64,000 bases of DNA, from NCBI GenBank assembly GCA_037620605.1, contig JASJLO010000021.1:48415-112414 (forward strand), in the 5' to 3' direction. This document shows positions 1 through 8,471 of the stretch, in pieces. The notes beneath the pieces are model-generated. The model did not search any database. It was not told the DNA's origin and saw nothing but the letters and a program-made list of their open reading frames with translations. Position 1 is the first letter of the stretch, and every line of letters starts with the position of its first letter. The DNA is from Candidatus Planktophila sp. (GTDB taxonomy: Bacteria; Actinomycetota; Actinomycetes; Nanopelagicales; Nanopelagicaceae). The translations under genes were made by a program, and so were the position numbers.

Positions 1-417
1 ACCGCCTACACCGGTGCCGAGAGTTAACATCAGCAAATCATTGCGTCCGCGCCCGGCACCAAATTTAAATTCACCCCAAGCTGCAGCATTTGCATCATTT
101 TCTAGAACTATGCGCACACCGATTAATTCGGTTAACTCCGTGACCAGATCCACCCCATTCCAGCCGGCGATATTTGGAGTAGCTAAAATAATCTGGCGAT
201 CAGAAGAGATAAATCCAGCAGCAGATACTCCTACAGCAGTTACTGAGTGGCTCTGCATTAACTCAAGAGCAACATCAGCTATCGCTTGGGTAAGTTGCCT
301 GCCGCCTTCGCGCGGAGTATCTCGGCGAGCGGTCGCAAGAATTTGACCAGTTGAAGAAACAACACCACCGAGCACTTTAGTTCCGCCGACATCGATGCCG
401 ATAGCGTTAATAGACAC
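1..417 (-). CDS. ROK-family glucokinase (5' part; 3' end lies outside window)
   Basis: Not in ORF track because it is open at the window edge. Minus-strand translation from GTG at 417 reads MSINAIGIDVGGTKVLGGVV...IVLENDANAAAWGEFKFGAGRG...LTLGTGVGG (ROK DxGGT and ENDAN motifs). It stays in frame to position 1. Confidence 0.75.
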   Translation of the reverse strand, partial: MSINAIGIDVGGTKVLGGVVSSTGQILATARRDTPREGGRQLTQAIADVALELMQSHSVTAVGVSAAGFISSDRQIILATPNIAGWNGVDLVTELTELIGVRIVLENDANAAAWGEFKFGAGRGRNDLLMLTLGTGVGG

Positions 418-421
418 TTAA

Positions 422-859
422 TTAGCCTTCGAGGTGTTCTTTCAATTGTTTTAGCGCGCTATCTATTGTTGACTTCTCTTGCTTTGCAATCATCATCGCT
501 GGGATTGGCATAGATAAACCAACCGAAAGTTCATAGGTGACGGATGTGCTCTCGCTATCTAAACTTTTTAGGAGATAAGCGCCTTCCATCTTTGTCAACA
601 AATTTGCATCATCTAGTGAGAATGTGACCTTGTCAGGAGCTTGGCTCCAATCAAAAATAAGAGTGACAACATCTTTTAGCGCTCCCGCATCGACTGATAG
701 GGAAGCTTTCACAACCCGACCTTGCGCATCGGATTCTTGCACATCAACCTTCTTGAAGGCAGATGACCATTCGGGATAGCTAGCGACCGCAAAGAGGGTC
801 GTGCCAACCTCGGACATTGGGGCATCGATCGTGATGGTGGAACTACTAAATTCACTCAT
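422..859 (-). CDS. SRPBCC (START/polyketide cyclase-dehydrase-like) family protein
   Basis: Track ORF 422..922. I prefer the ATG at 859 (MSEFSSSTITIDAPMSEV...), which matches the usual N-terminus of about 145-aa SRPBCC proteins. Its position next to fadD15 mirrors TB16.3 in mycobacteria (from memory). Confidence 0.6.
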   Translation of the reverse strand: MSEFSSSTITIDAPMSEVGTTLFAVASYPEWSSAFKKVDVQESDAQGRVVKASLSVDAGALKDVVTLIFDWSQAPDKVTFSLDDANLLTKMEGAYLLKSLDSESTSVTYELSVGLSMPIPAMMIAKQEKSTIDSALKQLKEHLEG

Positions 860-934
860 GGCGTACAGATTACCCGTAAAAAAGAGTGGCCAGCGCCTCT
901 CCCAATTTTGCGACTCAGGCACTAGCGTTAGGCC

Positions 935-2725
935 ATGAACGAAATCGCGATTGCACCCCTTGTCCCTACCGCTACTTCTGGCAACCTAACTAACCTGGTT
1001 GCAGAGCGAGCTTGGTTTGAACCAAGCCGCATAATGATGTCTCGTCCGCTCGGTGATGGATGGCAGAAAGTCACTGCCCAAGAATTAGATGCGCAGATAC
1101 GTGCCACTGCTAAGGGGTTGGTAGCTGCCGGTATAGAAATTGGCGATCGGGTAGCGATTATGGCCCGAACAAGATATGAATGGACGATCTTAGACTTTGC
1201 CATTTGGTATGCCGGTGCATGCGTAGTTCCCATTTATGAAACCTCATCTGCCGAACAAGTTGATTGGATTCTCAACGATTCTGGCGCAGTAGGCCTAATT
1301 GTAGAAACTCCTTCTCACCGAGAATTGGTAAATCAAGTCTTGCCAGCTCACACAAAGCATATTTGGACTATGACGGAAGATGTTCTCTCTGTCCTGGCTA
1401 ATGCCGGCGCACATATTGGCGATGATGAAATTGATCGACGTCGCAATGCGCTACTCCCAGATACCCTGGCAACTTTAATTTACACATCTGGCACAACAGG
1501 AAAACCAAAGGGCGTCCAGTTGACTCATAGCAACTTTCTCTCAGAGTGCGGAAATGTTGTGGAGGGCGCTAGCGATCTCTTCTTAAAGCCAAATGGATCA
1601 ACACTGCTCTTCTTGCCAGTTGCTCACGTATTCGGTCGAATGGTCCAGATCGGAGCTATTAGAGCTGGACTTCACCTGGCACATTGCAGCGACCCAGTTG
1701 GTCGACTACAACCTGATTTGGCATCTTTTAAGCCCACCTTCGTCTTAGCAGTTCCACGAATTTTTGAGAAGGTTTATAACGGCGCCGAAGCTAAGGCCGA
1801 TGCAGCGGGCAAAGGAAATATTTTCCGTAAGGCAGCTGCGGTTGCTGTTGCTTATAGCGAGGCTATGGATAAGCGCGGTTTCCATCCTTTACTATCTTTA
1901 CAGCATGCGCTCTTCGACAAATTGGTTTACTCCAAGATTCGTGCCGCACTTGGCGGAAATGTGGAGGCAGCGATCTCTGGTGGCGCCCCTCTGGGTAAAC
2001 GTCTCGGCCATTTCTACCGTGGCGCTGGCGTCACAATCTACGAAGGCTATGGATTAACCGAAACAACGGCTGGTGCAACTTTAAATATTACAGGTTCCAT
2101 AAAGGTTGGCACTGTTGGTAAACCAATTCCTGGAACTTCAATAAAACTTGCAGAAGATGGTGAGGTTCTTCTTAAGGGACCGATTGTAATGCGTGGCTAT
2201 TGGCAGAATGATGCTGCAAATGCGGAGGTCTTTACCCAAGATGGTTGGTTTAAATCTGGAGATCTTGGAAAAATTGATGAAGATGGCTTTCTCTCCATTG
2301 TAGGTCGCAAGAAAGAGATCATCGTTACCGCTGGTGGCAAGAATGTTGCTCCTGCAGTCTTAGAAGACCGAATACGTTCTCATCCATTGGTAAGCCAGTG
2401 TATGGTCGTAGGCGATAACCAACCATTTATTGCAGCGTTAATCACAATCGATCAGGATTCCCTAAAGGGTTGGATAGCTGCAAATAAAAAAGATGGCGCA
2501 ACTATCGCAACTTTGACCCAGGATCCTGACTTAATTTCGGTTATTCAGACTGCTGTCGATGAGACAAATAAAGCGGTCAGTAAGGCCGAATCTATTCGTA
2601 AATTTATAATCTTGCCGACAGATTTCACAATCGCTGGTGGTCACTTAACCGCCAAACTCTCAATTAAGCGACATGTGCTGGCGCAAGAATTTGCTCAGGA
2701 GATAGATCAACTCTTCGCCAAGTGA
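935..2725 (+). CDS. fadD: Long-chain fatty-acid--CoA ligase (FadD15-like, AMP-binding superfamily)
   Basis: 596 aa with the AMP-binding signature YTSGTTGKPKGV, GYGLTET and the C-terminal KLSIKR lysine motif. Confidence 0.9.
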   Translation: MNEIAIAPLVPTATSGNLTNLVAERAWFEPSRIMMSRPLGDGWQKVTAQELDAQIRATAKGLVAAGIEIGDRVAIMARTRYEWTILDFAIWYAGACVVPIYETSSAEQVDWILNDSGAVGLIVETPSHRELVNQVLPAHTKHIWTMTEDVLSVLANAGAHIGDDEIDRRRNALLPDTLATLIYTSGTTGKPKGVQLTHSNFLSECGNVVEGASDLFLKPNGSTLLFLPVAHVFGRMVQIGAIRAGLHLAHCSDPVGRLQPDLASFKPTFVLAVPRIFEKVYNGAEAKADAAGKGNIFRKAAAVAVAYSEAMDKRGFHPLLSLQHALFDKLVYSKIRAALGGNVEAAISGGAPLGKRLGHFYRGAGVTIYEGYGLTETTAGATLNITGSIKVGTVGKPIPGTSIKLAEDGEVLLKGPIVMRGYWQNDAANAEVFTQDGWFKSGDLGKIDEDGFLSIVGRKKEIIVTAGGKNVAPAVLEDRIRSHPLVSQCMVVGDNQPFIAALITIDQDSLKGWIAANKKDGATIATLTQDPDLISVIQTAVDETNKAVSKAESIRKFIILPTDFTIAGGHLTAKLSIKRHVLAQEFAQEIDQLFAK

Positions 2726-3291
2726 GTACTTCTGACCGACTTTTACTGGCTCGTGAATTACATGATGGCATCGCACAAGATCTAGTTGCTTTAGGTTATG
2801 AGTTAGATCTAATCTTAAGCGATGGATCGTTGGCGCCCAGTTCTCGCAGTAAAATTCGGTCTCTACGTTTTGGCGTTGATAAGTTAATCTCTAAAGTCCG
2901 TCACCAGATGTACGAGCTGCGAGATCGAAAAAATCAGAGCGTTCAGGAGGTTATAAAAACGCAGGCGCAGCAAATTTGTGGAGCGAAGTTGAAAACCATA
3001 AATATCGAAGATTTCGCTATACCAGTTGAAATTGCTGCCTCACTAGAGGCGATCGCTATTGAGTTGCTACGAAATTGCATTAAGCACTCTAGGGGTAGCG
3101 AGATTGAATTAAAACTGACCCAGCTCGAAAATCGCACCTATCTTGAGGTAGGCGATAACGGGCAAGGAGGTGCGACTATGGATAATTCACGATTGGGCCT
3201 AATAGGTATAAGTGAACAGGTGAAGTTACTCGGTGGGAATGTAACCATCACATCTAATGAGCGAGGAACCAAAGTCGCAATAACGCTCTGA
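2722..3291 (+). CDS. Minimal cytoplasmic histidine kinase (HisKA_3 + HATPase_c only, no sensor domain)
   Basis: H-box ARELHDGIAQDL starts at residue 10. N-box ELLRNCIKHS; G-boxes VGDNGQGG and GLIGISEQVKLLGG. The GTG start overlaps the fadD stop (GTGA). Confidence 0.8.
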   Translation: MSTSDRLLLARELHDGIAQDLVALGYELDLILSDGSLAPSSRSKIRSLRFGVDKLISKVRHQMYELRDRKNQSVQEVIKTQAQQICGAKLKTINIEDFAIPVEIAASLEAIAIELLRNCIKHSRGSEIELKLTQLENRTYLEVGDNGQGGATMDNSRLGLIGISEQVKLLGGNVTITSNERGTKVAITL

Positions 3292-3926
3292 TGTCAGCAG
3301 ATTCTAATCTCAAGCCGTTCGCTCAAATTCTTATAGTTGATGATCATCCAGCGATTAGGAAGGGATTACGGATAGCGGTCGAAAGTGCGGGTTACATTTG
3401 TAGCGGTGAGGCAGAGTCTAAAAAAGAAGCGATATCAAAATTAACGGTCGCAACTCCTGATTGCCTACTTCTTGACTTAAATTTAAGCGATGGCTCAGGA
3501 ATCGATTTGATTAAGTGGGTGAGAAAGAATTCACAAGCCATGGCGATTGTAGTACTGACAATGAGTGATAGAAAGGATGATCTGCTGGCGGCAATGCGCT
3601 CTGGAGCCAGCGCATACGTATCTAAAACTTCCCCACTTGAAGAGGTCATGGCGACAATTGCATTTGCCTTAAAGGCGCCAAATTATTTTAACTCTAAAGA
3701 ACTAGCTCAATTAATTAATGAATCAGCGACAACTTTTGATTTAACAGCAAGAGAAATTTCAGTGCTAAAAGCTCTTTCTCGAGAAGGTGCAAATAAAGAC
3801 ATTGCTAGGGAGTTGTTTATCTCTGAGGCAACCCTCAAGACTCATATCGCCGCAATTTATCGAAAAATGGAGGTGCCTAATCGATTTAGCGCAGTTACTA
3901 AGGCACGCGCAATTAATCTTTTATAA
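3291..3926 (+). CDS. NarL/LuxR-family response regulator
   Basis: Receiver domain (ILIVDDHP, LLLDLNLSDGSG, YVSKTS) plus a C-terminal LuxR HTH (LTAREISVLKAL...EATLKTHIAAIYRKM). The ATG overlaps the kinase stop (TGATG). Confidence 0.9.
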   Translation: MSADSNLKPFAQILIVDDHPAIRKGLRIAVESAGYICSGEAESKKEAISKLTVATPDCLLLDLNLSDGSGIDLIKWVRKNSQAMAIVVLTMSDRKDDLLAAMRSGASAYVSKTSPLEEVMATIAFALKAPNYFNSKELAQLINESATTFDLTAREISVLKALSREGANKDIARELFISEATLKTHIAAIYRKMEVPNRFSAVTKARAINLL

Positions 3927-5066
3927 GCAGACTATTAAAAGTACTTGACCAACTATCCCAACTCCAATTCTTTTCGATCCAATCTCTGCCTTCGCGGCCC
4001 ATATTCTCGGCTCGTATTGGCTCACTTAGGAGATCAATCGCAGCCCTTGCTACATCGTTCGGATTTGTTCCATCAACGATCAACCCAGTAACGCCCTCTA
4101 ATACCGCATCAGGTGCTCCCCCTGATTTGCCGGCAATTACCGCTAGCCCACATGCGCTGGCTTCTAAATAGACAATACCTAAACCTTCGACCTCTAGCCC
4201 GCCTAAGCGTGAGCGCGAAGGCATCGCAAAGATATCTCCTACACATATATAGCGCGGTAATTCTGAATATTGAATTCGCCCTATGAAAGTAACCGAATTT
4301 ACTACTCCCAGATTTGATACTAATTTTTGTAAGTGCCCTCTATGGGGCCCTTCACCAATTAAAAGAATATGTGCGTCAGGATGCGCCTTTAGAATTGCGG
4401 GCAGCGCAGAAATTAAAGTATCTTGCCCTTTACGATGTACAAGTCGGCCAACACTTAGGATCACTTTCTTATCAGTTAGGCCTAAAGACTCACGCAGCTC
4501 TTTAGAATCTGGATACGGGCGAAAATGCGAAGTATCAATCCCAGGAGCGATTTTAACCATCGCAGCAATAGCTTCGTTGGAAAGAGATTTAGATATCTCT
4601 CCGCGGGTGAAGTCACCCAAATACGTTAAATGGCCAATGTTGTTTCCAATAAATTTAAGCACCCACTTAAATGGCCATAGCTTTGACCACCAAACTTCAT
4701 GCCCGTGAGTTAGCGCTACTACATTTTTGATCCCTGATTTTCTTAGGCTGCGCGACATGATCCCCAAAGGTGCTGCTGCGCCAAAAAACGCGTTTTCCAG
4801 GTGGTATTTTCGGCTTATCTGCTTTACTGCGCGATTGACTCTGATTGTTGGCAATAGAATCCTTGACCTATCGCGAATCACTAAAACTCCAAATTTATCT
4901 AACCATTGCTGATCGTATGTCGTGCTATTGTCTTGAGTGGATGTGTAAACAATTACAGATTTAATGGGAAGACGTTCAATTAGCCCAATTACAAAAGTTT
5001 CGATTCCCCCAGCTCTTGGGCCAAAGTCATTTGTAATACAAATAGTTTTATAATGATTTTCACCAT
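3913..5066 (-). CDS. GT4 glycosyltransferase, PimB'-like (phosphatidylinositol mannosyltransferase family); N-terminus reachable only via a -1 frame change at 5046-5049
   Basis: Track ORF 3913..4881 carries the C-terminal GT-B half (EGLGIVYLEASACGLAVIAG). The same frame stays open upstream and encodes KTICITNDFGPRAGGIETFVIGL (GT4 N-terminal glycine loop) but has no ATG/GTG/TTG. An ATG at 5066 lies in the +1 frame. Confidence 0.7.
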
Positions 5067-5075
5067 TCTGCTTAT

Positions 5076-6119
5076 CTATAATCGCCGCGCTCCAATATAT
5101 GGTTTTGGTCCTAAGTTGTAAGCGCTAGCTATCTTCACTCTCGAGCCAGATCGAGGCGCATGCACCATCTGGCCTTTACCTAGATAGATACCCACGTGAG
5201 AGATCGGGCGGCCAAAAAATATTAAATCACCCGGGGCTAAGTTAGAGCGCGAAACATATTTACCATATCCATATTGAGCGCGCGATGAGTGAGGAAGTGA
5301 AACCCCGGCTATCTGAAATGCTCGCATAGTAAGGCCAGAGCAATCCCAATAAATCATTCCAGCTGCTCCAAAAACGTACTTATCTCCAATCTGCTTTAAG
5401 GCAAATTGCAACGCTTTGGAGGCTCGCCCAGATCCAAATTTAATTTTTTTCGCTGCCGCAAGTGAGGACTTCTGATCAGCATCCTCTTGTTTTTTAGCTA
5501 GCCGAGCCAAACGATCTCGATCTTCTTTCTTCAATTTGGAGAGAAGCGATTCGGCTTCGGCGAGTTTGGCAACTGCTTGAGCGCTCTGGGCTGCTAATCG
5601 CTTCTCGGTAGCAGCTACTAACGCGAGTTTGTCATTAACTGTTAGCGAGGTTGCAGTTAAGCGTTGTTTGGCCGCTTGAAACTTTCGGAGTTGAGCAGCT
5701 TTTTTACGAGTAAGCGCCTCGAGTGAGCCTGCTGCAGATAGATATAGCGCTGGATCAGATGAGAATAGAAGTTCCAAGCTTTGACTCAACCCGCCATTCT
5801 TATATTGCTCAATTGCGATGGTACTTAAAGTCTTGGAGAGTGAGTCAACGCTCTGAGCCTGTACCTCAGCCTTTGCTTGGATTCCAGCGAGAGTGAGATT
5901 TAGCGATGCCAAATTAACTTTGGCCAATTGAGCGCCTTCGGCTGCGGTGGTTGCCTCTTCCTCGAGTTGGCGCACACGGGCTTGAACTTCAGCCAGAGTC
6001 TGCGCCGCATCGGCGGGAAGCGCGCTTATCAGGGGTGCACAGATAGCCAAGACGTTAAATACGATTACCCCGGTTAAGGCGCTGGGAAACCTGCGCACTA
6101 ATCTATGTATTGGCGACAT
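5076..6119 (-). CDS. NlpC/P60 peptidoglycan endopeptidase with N-terminal coiled coil (RipC/RipA-like)
   Basis: N-terminal signal/TM segment, a long Ala/Gln/Leu-rich coiled coil, and a C-terminal NlpC/P60 domain (YWDCSGLT...HVGIYLG...MVHAP). Confidence 0.88.
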   Translation of the reverse strand: MSPIHRLVRRFPSALTGVIVFNVLAICAPLISALPADAAQTLAEVQARVRQLEEEATTAAEGAQLAKVNLASLNLTLAGIQAKAEVQAQSVDSLSKTLSTIAIEQYKNGGLSQSLELLFSSDPALYLSAAGSLEALTRKKAAQLRKFQAAKQRLTATSLTVNDKLALVAATEKRLAAQSAQAVAKLAEAESLLSKLKKEDRDRLARLAKKQEDADQKSSLAAAKKIKFGSGRASKALQFALKQIGDKYVFGAAGMIYWDCSGLTMRAFQIAGVSLPHSSRAQYGYGKYVSRSNLAPGDLIFFGRPISHVGIYLGKGQMVHAPRSGSRVKIASAYNLGPKPYIGARRL

Positions 6120-6205
6120 AAGGGTTAAAGGCTAACGGGGGCAGTTGATCCAACTCAACTTGAGGCAGGCGTGGCCTACCTGTGAATTTATCCAAATTTG
6201 GAAAA

Positions 6206-6427
6206 TCACGCTGAGTTAAAGCGTAAGGGGCGGATAATTCCTCGCGATGAGAGGAGATCAATGGCCCGCGCCGTCTCATCAGGGATCTCACAAAGATTAG
6301 AGCCCTCGGAATGGTGAGGGTGCTCAGCCTGGTCAGATTGGTGAGAATCTTTAATGAAAAGAAAAGATAGCGCGCAATCGCTGCATCCAATATCGCGTAC
6401 GGCACAATCATCGCAATTAATTATCAT
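6206..6427 (-). CDS. Small Cys-rich hypothetical protein (N-terminal CxxC-x6-CxxC)
   Basis: MIINCDDCAVRDIGCSDCALSFL... I recall similar small actinobacterial proteins starting MIxxCDDC. An alternative GTG start at 6472 would add a hydrophobic leader. No family name assigned. Confidence 0.45.
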   Translation of the reverse strand: MIINCDDCAVRDIGCSDCALSFLFIKDSHQSDQAEHPHHSEGSNLCEIPDETARAIDLLSSRGIIRPLRFNSA

Positions 6428-6484
6428 GAGAGAAACGATACCTATCGCCACTGACAAATTAACTAGGCGCACTAACCTTCAGAT

Positions 6485-6982
6485 GTGAGCGTCTTTGCAA
6501 CCCTGGTAGTAGGCAGAGATGGTTCAACCTCATTAAATGGTACTTCGCAATCCATATCTAGCCCAACAGATCGCCAAACCTTTCTCAAGCGCAGGCGTAG
6601 CGCTGACTTCTTGCTGATTGGAGGTGAGACAGCTCGAAGTGAGCCATACCATCGCACTCCGGCTCCAGTTGTCATCTCTTCCCGATCAATGATCAATTCA
6701 CTCTCTGATAACCAACTAGCGCACTGGTGGAATCTCTCTCCAGAACGTGCGCTCGCTAAAGGAATCGTAAAATTTGGACCGAACGTCCTAGTTGAATCTG
6801 GTGGAAGGATTTTAGATCAATTAATTTCGGCGAAACTCTTGGATGGGATTTACCTAAGTGTGACTGAAAGTACGGGCGGAGAAAATAAAATTGATATTGA
6901 AAATCTACTTGCAAAATTTGTAGAAGTTGACCGATCTAAAGTAGGTGATACTTTATTTATCACAGCTAAAAAGCTGAGATAA
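6485..6982 (+). CDS. RibD C-terminal domain / dihydrofolate-reductase-like family protein
   Basis: 165 aa. The pattern ATLVVGRDGS...DRQTFLKRRRSADFLLIGGET...VESGGRIL is typical of the RibD_C reductase fold. Confidence 0.55.
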   Translation: MSVFATLVVGRDGSTSLNGTSQSISSPTDRQTFLKRRRSADFLLIGGETARSEPYHRTPAPVVISSRSMINSLSDNQLAHWWNLSPERALAKGIVKFGPNVLVESGGRILDQLISAKLLDGIYLSVTESTGGENKIDIENLLAKFVEVDRSKVGDTLFITAKKLR

Positions 6983-7847
6983 TCCCAATACCAATTACGG
7001 CTAAGGCGACTCCCCAATATTGGATGCGATGCAGTCGCTCATTCAAATATTTATAAGCCAAGACCGCAGTAAATATTGGATACATCGCTCCTAAGACCAT
7101 AGCTAGAGTCAAAATACCTTTAGTGGTGGCAACACCCAAAAGTAGGTTTGCTAAAAAATCAGCGCAACCGATAAATATAAGCACTGGGATATTTTTGACC
7201 CCGAGACCGCCAAGGCTTTGATACTTAGCAAAAATCAAAAGTGAAACCACGAAAGTTGTTGCGCGCATCATAACCATGGTCATGAGAGCGCTTCCTTGTG
7301 ATCCAATTGCCATCCAAACTAGCGCAGTTCCAAATCCGCCAGCCGCTCCAAGCGCCAAAATTAAAGGCTTTGCCGGTAATCCTTGCGAAAGTTCCGGTCC
7401 ACTCGCAAAGAATGCGCCAATGATGGCAAGTGCTGCACCCAATGAAAGAATTATTGAAAGACGATCTCCCTTTATAAAATAGGCGTAGGCAACTGGAATC
7501 AAAGCGGAAAGACCACTTATTGGAGAGACGACGCCCATTCGCCCAGTTGATAAACCCGCGTATAAACAAATTAACCCGAGATAACCGAGTACTCCAGCAA
7601 ATGCACCTGGAATGAAGTAGCCATTTTCTCCAAAGGCATTGGCAGAGAAAGCTCCGCTTACAATTGCTAGGAAGATTCCAAAAATTAAACCGATAGCTTG
7701 CGTCACCGCCAAGACTGCGATGGCCGGATGTTTCTTACTTAACTTGCCCCCGTAAAAATCAGCTGTCCCCCAAAGTAAACTAGAAAATAGCGCTAATAAG
7801 GTAACCATGGCAGCTAAGGCTACACAAGCTTGCGCCCTGCCTCCCAC
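6966..7847 (-). CDS. EamA/DMT-family transporter
   Basis: About 10 predicted hydrophobic helices in two repeated halves (LWGTADFYGGK motif). The start is uncertain (GTG 7847 or ATG 7808). Confidence 0.75.
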   Translation of the reverse strand: MGGRAQACVALAAMVTLLALFSSLLWGTADFYGGKLSKKHPAIAVLAVTQAIGLIFGIFLAIVSGAFSANAFGENGYFIPGAFAGVLGYLGLICLYAGLSTGRMGVVSPISGLSALIPVAYAYFIKGDRLSIILSLGAALAIIGAFFASGPELSQGLPAKPLILALGAAGGFGTALVWMAIGSQGSALMTMVMMRATTFVVSLLIFAKYQSLGGLGVKNIPVLIFIGCADFLANLLLGVATTKGILTLAMVLGAMYPIFTAVLAYKYLNERLHRIQYWGVALAVIGIGIISAF

Positions 7848-7879
7848 CTAATAGCAGAGCAGAACTTTAGAATTAACCA

Positions 7880-8461
7880 GTGAATGTTGCCCAATTTAAT
7901 CGTTTAATAGAACAGTTGCGAACTGCTACGCCTCGCCCAGAAATTAGCTTGGAAGAAGTTCCGGCCCCACAGAAATTAGCAACATATTCATTTGCCTTTA
8001 CCGCCGATGTTTCAAATGGATTACTCGGAGATGCCGAAGATGAGATCGCATCTGGGCGATTTGTACTATTACATGAACCAGGTGGACAAGATACCTGGGA
8101 GGGCGAGTTCAGGTGCGTTACCTTTTTAAGCGCCGATGTTGATGAGGCGATGCAAGAGGATCCGCTACTACCAGAGGTCGGCTGGAGTTGGTTGTTGGAT
8201 TCATTGAAATCTGCTGGGTGTAACTTCAACGCACCTAGTGGAACGGTAACGCGCGTCTCAAGTGCATCATTTGGAAAGCTCTCACCGCGCAATGACGATT
8301 CTGAAATTGAAATCCGAGCATCGTGGACGCCGATCATTAAAGAATCTTCAGAAATAATTGCTCATATCGAAGCTTGGTGCAATCTCATTGGTGAAGTTGC
8401 TGGCCTGCCACCTATTATTGACGGTGTGGCGCCAATAACTGCCGCCCGCCGCAAAAGCTAA
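7880..8461 (+). CDS. DUF3000-family protein
   Basis: Conserved actinobacterial protein found directly upstream of RNase D (Rv2680-like position, from memory). Size and position fit. Confidence 0.6.
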   Translation: MNVAQFNRLIEQLRTATPRPEISLEEVPAPQKLATYSFAFTADVSNGLLGDAEDEIASGRFVLLHEPGGQDTWEGEFRCVTFLSADVDEAMQEDPLLPEVGWSWLLDSLKSAGCNFNAPSGTVTRVSSASFGKLSPRNDDSEIEIRASWTPIIKESSEIIAHIEAWCNLIGEVAGLPPIIDGVAPITAARRKS

Positions 8462-8471
8462 TGGAAGGCTG

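Noticed and set aside
14-346. 110-aa plus-strand ORF at the left edge
   Set aside because: It is antisense to a clearly recognisable ROK glucokinase frame (DVGGTK and ENDAN motifs) that occupies 1-417 on the minus strand. Its own sequence is low-complexity, Arg/Pro/Ser-rich and has no recognisable motif.
6120-6240. Possible ydaO (c-di-AMP) riboswitch upstream of the NlpC/P60 hydrolase, as seen in other actinobacteria
   Set aside because: Only a loose resemblance (CCCCGUUAGCC...UAACCC) to the 3' conserved segment. The GGGGA/ACCC and GGGUGAAUC-type elements are missing and only 86 nt are non-coding. A cmscan would be needed to revive this.
6103-6411. 102-aa minus-strand ORF overlapping the Cys-rich ORF in another frame
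   Set aside because: It overlaps the start of the ripC-like gene and has no recognisable features. The alternative frame, with the CxxC-x6-CxxC N-terminus, looks more protein-like. Neither frame is proven.
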